Source: Scyliorhinus canicula (lineage: Eukaryota). Taken from it: DNA of 64,000 nucleotides. The stretch's first letter is position 1. Every line of letters begins with the position of its first letter. The position numbers were made by a program, and so were the translations under genes. Location: assembly GCF_902713615.1 (NCBI RefSeq), contig NC_052163.1, positions 37,334,248 to 37,398,247 of the forward strand, given 5' to 3'. Below are positions 46,621-56,885 of the stretch, piece by piece. A model generated the notes under the pieces. That model saw only the letters and a list, made by a program, of their open reading frames with translations. It ran no database searches and was not told where the DNA came from.

Positions 46621-47182
46621 ATTTTGTCTCGCAGCTCTCTCATCCCCAATATCCTAGCCATCCCTTAAGTATATGTATTCAAAAACAATTACATCCCATC
46701 ACCAGTTTGTAATCAACATGACAGTAATCAACTTTAGCAATGTAATTGACAAAATATTTGTAATTTATGTAATTGCAACATGTTTATACATATTTTGAAA
46801 ACAAGTGAATTTCTATTAAGGACTTTGGCATACGTTGATAAAATATTTCATTGCAATTAGGCATAAAAGAGAAATCAATCCAAAGATGAGTATTGTCCAG
46901 GTCTTCTTCACTCGGTATTCTCTGTTGGAAATAAAGTTCAATGATGAAAGGTGAAGTAGTTCTACTTATTTCAAATTATAAATTGTATTCTGAAAGAGTT
47001 GCATACCAATTAGGTTAGTTGTTGTTGATTTGGATCGTGCAAGTGCTAGCAAAAATGAAAATATTAGTTTTCAAGCAACTTTTATATTAGCAGCTGTTTA
47101 CATTCATACATAACATCATATATTGAATAGCTTTCCTGCAATACTTCTTTCTGATCATTACATTAAAGCATGGACAAGACAC

Positions 47183-47376
47183 AGGGCAGGATTCTCTGGC
47201 TCGCCAGACGCGTGTTTCTCGGCCGCGCGCCGTTCGCTAGCGGCAGGATTCTATCTTCCCACCAATTGTCATAGGGATTCCCTATTGAAGCCACCCCACG
47301 CTGCTGCAAAACCCATTGGCAGAGATACGGTGCCGGCGGGTAAATTGAATCGCAACTACCGGAGAATCGCAGCCAT
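47183..47376. mobile_element. Short Harbinger-type MITE
   Basis: TIRs gggcaggattctc / ggagaatcgcagcc. Confidence 0.6.
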
Positions 47377-47657
47377 GATCTGTTAGTTGGCAGTGGAACA
47401 ATCCACAAAGTTTGAACCCCATATATGCGGTTGTCAAGATGTTGAATGACCTGACTATCATTTGGAAAATGAAAATATGGACAATTTAATGAATCAGTTC
47501 CCTGTAGAGCCCCATGAGCTCCAAAAGTCAGAACACTCGATGATCCGATTCGACGTTGAGTATAAATGAATGAAGATCCCATGACATGGTTTAAATTCAT
47601 TCAGCTGATCTCAACCAGAGTAGTTACTGGGGATGTTAAAATTACACTTAGTACCTT

Positions 47658-47671
47658 TCATCTAAGCTGGA
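47658..47671 (-). CDS. Gene 3 candidate terminal coding exon (V)QLR-stop
   Basis: ttttttattgatgtag|TC acceptor in phase 1; resembles VKLT* of gene 2. An alternative acceptor at 46921 would give ENTE*. Confidence 0.35.
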
Positions 47672-47779
47672 CTACATCAATAAAAAATGTATTTCCTGAC
47701 TGATATTCAATGACTTTGGTTGGAATAACCTTTCCATCATCAAGATTGACTATTTCAACCTACTTGTGTCATTGTTTCA

Positions 47780-48290
47780 GCCCATCTACTGCTCAAACTC
47801 TCATTTATGCCTTTGTTCATTCCAACCTCAAATATATCAATCCTCTCCCAGCTTTCACCCTCCATTAACGTGAATTGATCCAAAATTCTAGCGCCTATAA
47901 TCCGACTAGCATCACATCTTGTTCACTCGTCGCCCACCACACCCCTACCCCCTTGCTCGCTGACTGACATCAGCTCCCAGCCCTCAAAGGTATCTAATTC
48001 CTTTCCTATCCTCAGCTCTACCTATCCTTGTAACCTCTTCCATTCCTAAGGTCCTATGAGAACTTTGCATTCCACGGGTTATGAACTCTTGTGATCTCCA
48101 CCATAGGCGGCTAGGCTTTCGTCTGCCTTCGCCCAAGCTCAGGAATTATCTCCGAAAGCCTACCTCTTTATCCACCTCTTTCCTTTCGAACAACATATTG
48201 TCCACCTCTCTCCCCTCTCCAGAATAACATCAATTTTAATGCCCCCCTGAAGTGTTTTGGGATGTTTTACTCTGTTGAGGAGACAATGCA
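47780..48290 (+). mobile_element. L2-like LINE 3' remnant
   Basis: Degenerate TLIYAFV and pyrimidine-rich 3' region typical of L2 ORF2 ends. Confidence 0.45.
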
Positions 48291-49032
48291 AATTGTTTTG
48301 GTGCTGAGGAAAAGTGATAGTACTTTCTCATGGGGAGAAAGCTGGACTAAACTCAGCTATGACCATCCTATTTTCATATGGGCTGACCATAATGTTCAGA
48401 CATATGGGTAAGGAGTGATCACGTTGACAGGTATAGAGCGTGGTGCAATTTTACACAAGAGGAAGATTTTAACAGGTGGTGGGGTTTGCTGTCCCCCACC
48501 TGAAGAGTTAGTAGGAATGCATCATTACTGATGCCGGCTGCCCCTCAGTCTTTTACCCAGTGTTAATTGGCTTGAGGTGTGGTACCACCCGACTCTCAGG
48601 TGGAAGTCTTGGGTCAGAGAGTTGTTGGCCAGTCTAATTGCAGGTGACGCCGTAGGCAGTCCCTTAAGCTAAGCCTTGAAGCCAGGATACAGGTAAGTAT
48701 TGGGGTTATTAGGCCAGAACAGAAAGGGAGGTCCTTGGAGGATTGGGAGGATTTGTTGGTGAGGAAAGGGGGGGGGAGGGGAGAGAAGGTGGACCTTGGG
48801 TGGGGAGAGCCCAATGATAAACGTGGATCGGAGAGACCAACCGGGTAATGTCGCGGTACCCAGCTTTCTACCTTCAGGGGGCAGTTAGATTCTCCTCCAT
48901 GAGTCAGAGTGGTTGGGAGGGGGTGGTGGGGGAGGGGGACTTAATGCAGCATTGGAGAAGGGAAACAAAATCTTGGAAAGGTCTTCAGCAAAAACAGTCC
49001 TGCCTTTGCCTTTATCAGAACTAATATTGTAC

Positions 49033-49185
49033 CTCGAGGGATTTGATGGCTCCAGTCAAAGAGCAACGTAATTGCCAGAAGAGTAAAAATGATCATGATG
49101 AAGCCCAGAGATAAATAAACACCAGGAGTTCTTCTTTTTTGTTTTGATAACTGAACATTCTTTTCAGTTTTAGAACAGTCCAATT
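49033..49185 (-). CDS. Gene 3 stalk/transmembrane exon
   Basis: tttcag|AA acceptor, G|gtacaa donor (weak), 153 nt, phase 1-1; hydrophobic GVYLSLGFIMIIFTLLAITLLF. Confidence 0.7.
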
Positions 49186-50886
49186 CTGAAATGACAAAGA
49201 CATAATTGCCATGTTTAATTACAGTTTATATCATGTACTCCTCAAGCTTTAATTAAAACATCTTTTATGGAAAACAGAATGGAGCAGATTATATTAATTC
49301 ATGAGATCACATGGTCATGGGTGAAGTGAATCAGGTAGTAGCGACAGCTACTTCTGCACAAGAAATTCCTTTGGAAGATTAGCCCTTGCTCTTGGCCACA
49401 TTATCAGTGGCACTCAATGAAAATGACTTATTCATATTCATTTAGGATTCGGGAATCAGGAAAAATTTGACAATGTGTCAACTGCAGAACAAGTGGAGTC
49501 GAGGGCTTGCTGGCTGGTGTACAATGAGCAGCAGAAACGATGTAACAATTTAAATAAGATCTCAGATTTTACGAAGTGCTTGTAATCTAAAACATTCAAT
49601 ACTACCCATATCTTAATACAAAATGGAAACAAAAATGCATATTGTGCACAAGTATGTTCCTAGGGGTTTACCCTCCAGCCATTAACTTCCATTCAGAGCA
49701 GCCTTGCTTGTCCACAAAAGGCCGGACCGGGCCTGCCATTTTCCTGGCATTACTGCGGAGTTTCTCATCTTTGTAAGGCTCAGTGCTGGACTTCACATTC
49801 TCCGGCATCCAGCGAGACAGCTTGCCATCTGGAATGACTGAGAAATTCATGACTGTGACCTTGATACATCAGCCCTTGCAACAGCTTCAGAACTACCAAG
49901 AAACACCTCTGAGGGTTGCTAACATCAAAACAAAACTACACCTTTCCTTAGCCTAACAGATGACGGTAGAATTTTCGGATGAGCGTTTTCACTAAAATAT
50001 CAATATTATTAATAATAAAATGGTGTTCCTTTTTAGGGCAGTATTAAAGTTTGAAGCAATATTGGGCCTAACTGCAAGGAAATGTAAGTCAGTTTGAGTT
50101 TTGTGGAGCCAATGGAAATTTAATTTGGGTGCATGGCAAAGAATTACATTCTGGGATTGCATTTGGCTTTATTCACAGAATCTCCTCTGAGGGGATTTTT
50201 GAGTTATTTAGGGAGAGTGTTGTTTGAATTTTGTATTGCTCATGGTGAAAGTTGCTGGGGTTTGGGAATACTTTCTCCAGACAGTATCAAAGTGGGAAGT
50301 CCCAGGTTAAATACCAAAGAGTTTTGTTCCAAACAATATGCTTTCAGTTCTATCTCAAATAAATGCCTTAACTTAAAACTCAGGAGTTCATTCCTTACAG
50401 TACTGGCTTGTTTCCATTTTCCCAGTTGCAGCTAATCTTATATCTAACTTAAAAAATACAGCAAACACTAATTTAAAGAGATAAGTAGATATTGTGACAT
50501 TTCTGACCTGCTTCCAATCAACAGCAAAACAAATAACTTTAATTTATCTTAACATTAGCATTTTCTTAATTTAGATTAGCCATGAAATTTCCTCAAGATG
50601 TAGCTGTCTGCCTCAAAGGGAAAAATAATGTTAAAGAAAGCTCCACTTTATGTGTTAAATGGAATAATGCTTTTGTCCTTATCTAACGCCGCCATCTGGC
50701 ATGGCTGAGAAATTCACGGGTTGCAATCACTGTCACTTTTCAGGATCAGAGATCAAAAACTCACTTTAGCTTTTCCCTTCAGGCTTCATTCAGATTAACA
50801 GCCTATCACGTTAGCCCATTTGGATAAATATGTTTTGCACTATACCCATAAATTTTATTGTATGTGAGCTCAAGGGCCAGCGTCAC

Positions 50887-50928
50887 TTGCAGAAATATTT
50901 CCCTCAGTCCTGATGTTTCTTCCTGCAT
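50887..50928 (-). CDS. Gene 3 candidate 42-nt stalk mini-exon (N)AGRNIRTEGNISA
   Basis: Strong polypyrimidine tract ttttttccccccgtacttttcgttgtgcagtacag; symmetric phase 1-1 with donor A|gtgacg; contains an N-glycosylation sequon (NIS). Confidence 0.45.
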
Positions 50929-51003
50929 CTGTACTGCACAACGAAAAGTACGGGGGGAAAAAAACCTTACATTTCAAGCTGAAGTAAATAAATCAAAACT
51001 CAC

Positions 51004-51258
51004 TTGCAGATTTGCATGCATTTTCAATGCATACAGAGCAAATATAGTTTATGGAACACAATTCGCCAACGACTGAAAGGTGAGTGGTGAGGTTGTACAA
51101 TTTATCTTCTCTTCGTAAACTGCTGTAATTAGCAGTCAAATTGATTCCATTTTCAATCTGCCACTGAAGTTTTGCCAAGGGATATCCAAGTGTAGTACAA
51201 GAAAGTCCTTTTTCATCACCTCGGTCACTTTTGGTCACTTGCGGCACAGTATATGGAG
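51004..51258 (-). CDS. Gene 3 IgC exon, PD-L1/PD-L2-like
   Basis: ttttcag|CT acceptor, A|gtgagt donor, 255 nt; APYTVP..LSCTTLGYPLAKLQW..RREDKLYNLTTHL..NYICSV. Confidence 0.9.
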
Positions 51259-51694
51259 CTGAAAAGCATGTTTTTCAAGTTTAATGTTGCAACTCAGTGA
51301 TGTAGAGCTGGATTAAATAAGATCAACACCAATCTTTCCAGTAGCATCACAAACACTCGTTTCCCAATATTTCAATACAGACCTCATTGGCCCACGCTCA
51401 CTGCATCATCCACGTCAGAAGCCTCATTATTTGCCCAAATAAACAGAAGGGGCAGAGTAAAATGCTGATTTTAGATGACTAACTTCAGTGTCAATTTCCC
51501 TTCCCTAATAAAAACAGTGACTACTGTTGAGGCATGATGATATGTGTGCCAACACATCTCGAGCACCTAAGCCAAGGTAAAGTTTTTATTCATGAATCAT
51601 GAAAAGAAGTGATGACATGATCGTCAATAACTGGGACCTTAAAACCAAGTTAATCACAAGCACACCTAATGTCTACTCATGCATACTTTCAGAA

Positions 51695-52038
51695 GGGCAG
51701 CACGGTGGCACAGTGGTTAGCTCTGATGCCTCATAGCACCAGGGTCCCAGGTTCAATTCTGGCCTTGGGTTATTGCTTGTGTGGAGTTTGTATTTTCACC
51801 CCGTGTCTGCGTTGGTTTCCTCCAGATGCTCCGGTTTCCTCCCACTGTCCAAAGTAGTGCAGGTTAGGTGGATTGGCCATGCTAAATTGCCCTTATTGTC
51901 CAAAAGGTTAGGTGGGTTACTGGGTTACGGGGATAGGGTGGAGGTGTAAGCTTAAATAGGGTGCTCTTTCCAAGGGCTGATGCAGACTTGATGGGCCGAA
52001 TGTCCTCCTTCTGCACTGTAAATTCTATGATTCTATGA
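51695..52038 (+). mobile_element. tRNA-derived SINE in gene 3 IgV-IgC intron
   Basis: gggcagcacggtggcacagtggttagc head; ttctatg tail. Confidence 0.85.
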
Positions 52039-52310
52039 AGGGACCATTTGACAAACGTTAGGAACAGGAACTCTGGCTGAAAATACACATCCAACTCTGG
52101 AAGTGCATGATTATCAATGATAAATAATCACAAAGGATTTGACCTGCCTTAGGATTGTGAGAGTGTACTTACAAAGAAAAGACCAATATTATAAATAGCT
52201 TCTTTACTGATGTAATTATATTAGTTTTCATCTTCAATGTCAGATCTGAAACATTGTAATCTCGTGTACTGTTCTGTTGACAAAGAAGAGAAGAGATTTT
52301 CTTTACCTAC

Positions 52311-52634
52311 CTTCAACCAAAAGGTTTATTTTCGCTTTTTTATAGCCACCTCGTCCACAGTCTAGCAAAATATGATATTTGCCTTCATCCGAAATTTCTG
52401 TTTCCTCAATTATCAATAAGGTAGTGTTTAAATCTGTAGAACATCGTCTTTGTTTCCAAGCATTAGCTTTTTTCTCTGTACATAGGTTTTCTATCTGGTT
52501 AGAATGCACTGCCTGGTAGGACCAGTTGCTATGACATTTTTGCCCTGGTTGTGATTCGTACTCACAAACCAAAACAGTGCGGTGATTATGTATTCCTGTG
52601 ACTGAACTCTCACACTGCATTGTTGTAAATGGTT
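52311..52634 (-). CDS. Gene 3 IgV exon (Cys-rich)
   Basis: ttttttcag|AA acceptor, GAAG|gtaggt donor, 324 nt; TMQCESSVTG..TVLVC..NW..LLIIEETEISDEGKY..KINLLVE. Confidence 0.88.
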
Positions 52635-52715
52635 CTGAAAAAAATGTGATGACCTTTTAGCATTTACACATAGAAATACAGAATATAGCGGAAATGATAT
52701 ACCAGTAATACTTAC

Positions 52716-52788
52716 TATTGGCTTCAATGGCCAGGGAGAAGAAAATCACAATCAAACCAAGAATTTTTGGAAAATGATAAGTCGCCAT
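52716..52788 (-). CDS. Gene 3 start/signal-peptide exon (MATYHFPKILGLIVIFFSLAIEAN)
   Basis: Acceptor ttttaaacag| at 52813/52812, ATG at 52788, A|gtaagt donor, 81-nt intron to the IgV exon. Confidence 0.87.
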
Positions 52789-53011
52789 CCTTTTTTCAGG
52801 GCTTTTAAGAACCTGTTTAAAATATTGGAATAATACACATATTATTACAAGTGAATAATCAGTTTTGGAGATAATTGTTTTTATACTCTGATATATCTTT
52901 CAGTTTGCCACGAAAAGACAACTTATGGAGGTGCCCAAACTCTGATTTCTTACAAACACGATGAGAGGCTTTATTAAGAGGAGTTGCTCATACAATCTAA
53001 GATGGAGAACT

Positions 53012-53716
53012 GGGGTGGAATTCTCCGAACCCCCCGCAGGGTCAGGGAATCGCCCGGGTCTGGCGTAAATCCCGCCCCCGTCGTGGCCGGAATTCTCTGC
53101 CAGCTGGGAATCGGCGGGAGTGGGAATCACGCCCCGCCGATCAGCGTGCCCCCCGCGGCGATTCTTCGGCCCGTGATGGGCCGAAGTCCCGCTGCTGACA
53201 GGCCTTTCCCACCAGCGGGAATTGGAGTACCTCTGGTGCCGGCAGGATTGGTGGCACGAGCGGGCCCCCGGGGTCCTGTGGGGGGTGCAGGGTGATCGGA
53301 CCCCGGGGGGTGACCCCACGGTGGCCTGACCCGCGATTGGGGCCCACCGATCGGCAGGCGGGCCTGTGCCGTGGGGGCACTCTTTTTCTTCGGCCACGAC
53401 CTCAACCATGGCGGAGGCGGAAGAGACCCCCCCGACTGTGCATGCGCCGGTGGTGACGTCACCGGCCACTGACGCTCTGGCGCATGCGCGGACCGGCGAA
53501 GGCCATTCGGCCAGCCCCGACGCCGGGCAGCGGGCGCCAAAGGCTGTTGCCGCCGGTTTTGGCGCTGGCCGGCGGAGCGGATCCACTCCGGCGCGGGCTT
53601 AGCCCCTAAAGGTGCAGAGATTTCCTCACCTTTGGGGAGGCCCGACGCCGGAGTGGTTGGCGCCACTCCGCTATGCCGGGACCCCCTGCCCCGCCGGGTA
53701 GGGAGAATCCCGGCCC
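53012..53716. mobile_element. GC-rich Harbinger-type MITE
   Basis: TIRs ggggtggaattctcc / ggagaatcccggccc. Confidence 0.7.
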
Positions 53717-54133
53717 TGAAATCTGTGCAAACATCTTCTGCTGACATCACTACAGATCATGTGATTTTTCACCAACAAGGATGTATTCCCTGATACATAG
53801 TACCCTTCTGCCTTTCCTTCTTCAGTACAACAATGACTTAACATTTATACAACAGACCCAAAATTGCATGATCTCTCTACATATATAGACAACTTAATAA
53901 AACAATCTCTCAGGTGGAATCTATTCCATTTGGGTTGTATCCACGTTCTGGAACTTGACTAGTCGTGACCTTGGACATGACCTCTGTTCCTTCAGTTGGT
54001 GGCACTTCCTTGGAAGTTATCCCAGTATCTGTCCCTACAGGTACTGGAAAGTCCTCGGAAACTGAATCTGCACTTGTCTCTGTGTTCAGGCTCTGTTCTG
54101 AAGTGTAACTATCATAATTTTCCAAGTGAAATA

Positions 54134-55275
54134 GCTCTTTTTTTAAAAAATAATTTTTTTGGGAATTTTTTGAAAAATATATATCAACAAAACAATAATA
54201 ACAATAACAATAATAATAAACTCCCCCCGGCACCTGTAACAACGCATATAACAAACCCCCCCACCCCCCCCAACCCCAATAAACAACAGAATAAATTAAC
54301 AATAAGCAAATTAACTTAAACACTATCCCCCTAAACCCCCCCCCCCTTTCCCCCATCCCCCCCGGGTTGCTGCTGCTGCTGACCTAGTTCCTTATCGTTG
54401 AGCCAGAAAGTCGAGGAAAGGCTGCCACCTCCTAAAGAAGTCTTGTACCGACCCCCTCAGGGTGAACTTGACCCTCTCCAACTTAATGAATCCCGCCATG
54501 TCATTAATCCAGGTCTCCACACTCGGAGGTCTCACATCTTTCCACTGCAGCAAGATTCTCCGCCGGGCTACTAGGGACGCAAAGGCCAAGACATCGGCCT
54601 CTTTCGCCTCCTGCACTCCCGGCTCCACCCCAACCCCAAATATCGCGAGTCCCCAGCTTGGCTTGACCCTGGATCCCACCGCCCTCGACACCGTCCCCGC
54701 CACCCCCTTCCAGAACTCCTCCAGTGCCGGGCATGCCCAGAACATATGGACATGGTTCGCTGGACTCCCCGAACACCTGACGCACCTATCTTTGCCCCCA
54801 AAGAACCTACTCATCCTAGATCCGGACATGTGGACCCAGTGCAGCACCTTGAACTGGATGAGACTAAGCCTTGCACATAAAGAGGAGGAGTTCACCCTCT
54901 CCAGGGCGTCCGCCCATGTCCCCTCCTCAATCTGCTCCCCCAGTTCCACCTCCCACTTAGCCTTCAGCTCCTCTACCGATGCCTCCCCCACCTCCTGCAT
55001 TACCTGGTAGATGTCAGACACCTTACTATCCCCGACCCACACCCCCGAAAGCACCCTATCCCTTACCCCCTGCGGGGGCAGCAAAGGGAACCCCTCCACC
55101 TGTCGCCCAGCAAACGCCTTGACCTGAAGGTACCTGAACATATTCCCCGGGGGAGCTCAAACTTCTCCTCCAGTTCACCAAGGCTCGCGAACCTCCCGTC
55201 AATAAACAGGTCTCCCAACTTCCTAATGCCCGCCCTGTGCCACCCCAGGAACCCGCCATACATGTTCCCTGGGAC
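54134..55275 (-). mobile_element. L1/Tx1-type LINE 3' fragment
   Basis: C-terminal CxxC..H.FW.C knuckle (CVRCSGSPANHVHMFWAC) and W..FL end, followed by a GT-rich 3'UTR and A-rich tail. Confidence 0.8.
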
Positions 55276-56169
55276 CCAAGTGAAATACCTCTTGAGAAGT
55301 TTCTGCAATTTTACTTTGTGAAGCGAGTAGCTGATCAGCATGACTTTGCCAAGCTCTTTCATCATTCGTCTGCATGGTGTATGATTTTGGACCTGTCTTT
55401 GCTGGGACCACAGCGCTGGTAATTTCTTGCTGGTAATGTAGCTTCTGGCTAGCACTCACTCTTCTTGATTGAATACTCGCATTTTAGAGTTTGGTTCTCT
55501 CTTAGCAATTTGTGCTTGTTGTTAGCGTTTGACAAAATCAGAAGTATCAGGTAATATCAACAAATTCTGTTCGCTGTTTTCTCCTGAACCACAGCATTGC
55601 TGGTGACCTCGGTGTTGTTGTGTGTATGGTGTTCTGGCAAGACATTGAGAGTTTGTTTACTCTTCTTGCCAATGTACCTTGGTCCTTTGAAACCTTGATG
55701 GAATGTTTCAGTGATTGACCAACATGTTAGGGGAATCCATTTGGTGCAGGATGGTATGGAGCTGTCCTGGTGTGCTGTATTCTGCTTTTCTTCAGCTAGT
55801 CTTCAAACTTCTTTGAAGTGAACTGAGTACCATTGTTGCGACCTATCTGGGGCTCCAAATCTTGCGAATATTTGGCCTAGTTTCTCAATGGTTTGTTGTT
55901 TCATTGTAGATTTCATGTTAATGACTTCTGGCTATTTAGAGTGTGCATCCATAATCACTAGGGACATGTGACCCACCACTGGTCCTGCATAGATGTGAAT
56001 TCTCCACCATGGCTGTGTCGGCCATTCCCAGAAAAATAAGAGATGCAGCGGTGTGTTTCTTAGTTTTGCACAGGATTGACATTGCCCCACTTTCTCATCA
56101 ATTTGGCCACCAAAAATAGCTGCGTGCCAGTTTCTTCGTTCTCACCACTCCAGGATATCCCTCGTGTTC

Positions 56170-56885
56170 ATTCGATTTGTTTATTGTCACTCGTATTGAT
56201 GTACAGTGAAAAGTATTTTTCTGCATGCAGCTCAAACAGATCATTCAGTACATGACAAGAAAAGAAAATACATAATAGGGCAACACAAGATACACAATGT
56301 AAGTACCTAGACACCGGCATCAGGTGAAGCATACAGGAGTGTAGTAATAATCAGATCAGTCCATAAGTGAGTCTGGTAACAGCGGGGAAGAAGCTGTTTT
56401 TGAATCTGTTTGTGCGTGTACTCAGACTTTTGTATCTCCTGCCCGATAGAAGAGGTTGGAAGAGTGAGTAAGCTGGGAGGGGTCTTTGATTATGCTGCCC
56501 GCTTTTCCAAGGCAGCGGGAGGTATAGATAGAGTCAATGGATGGGAAGCTGGTTTGTGGGATGGATTGGGCTGTGTTCATGACTCTCTGAAGTTTCTTGC
56601 GGTCTTGAGCCGAGCAGTTGCCATACCAGGTTTTGATGCAGCTAGATAGGATGCTTTCTATGGCGCATCTGTAAAAGTTGGTAAGAGTCAGTGTGGACAT
56701 GCCGAATTTCCTTAGTTTCTTAGGATGTATAGGCGCTGTTGTGCTTTCTTGGTCGTCGTGTCAACGTGGGTGGACCAGGACATATTTTTGGTGATGTGCA
56801 CACCTAGGAATTTGAAGCTGTCAACCAACTCCATCTCAGCCCCGTTGATGCAGACGGGAGTGCATACAGTACTTTGCCTTATGTA
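56170..56885 (-). mobile_element. Rex/Babar-type LINE 3' fragment
   Basis: FKFLGVHITKNMSW..KKAQQRLY..LTNFYRCAIESIL; same family as 25755-26429. Confidence 0.8.

Noticed and set aside
46820-46921. TM-like frame (KKTWTILIFGLISLLCLIAM) behind a strong acceptor downstream of gene 3
   Set aside because: The good CAG acceptor puts it out of phase with the upstream exons, and AT-rich DNA readily yields hydrophobic frames. It is probably 3'UTR or a short alternative last exon.
49668-49850. GC-richer 60-aa ORF in the gene 3 IgC-TM intron
   Set aside because: No symmetric splice phase and no recognisable similarity.
53910-54356. 148-aa minus-strand ORF with a hydrophobic stretch and a Ser/Thr-rich tail, resembling a TM/mucin exon
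   Set aside because: It is a fusion of the GT-rich 3'UTR of the L1/Tx1 fragment and the low-complexity end of the Gypsy integrase.
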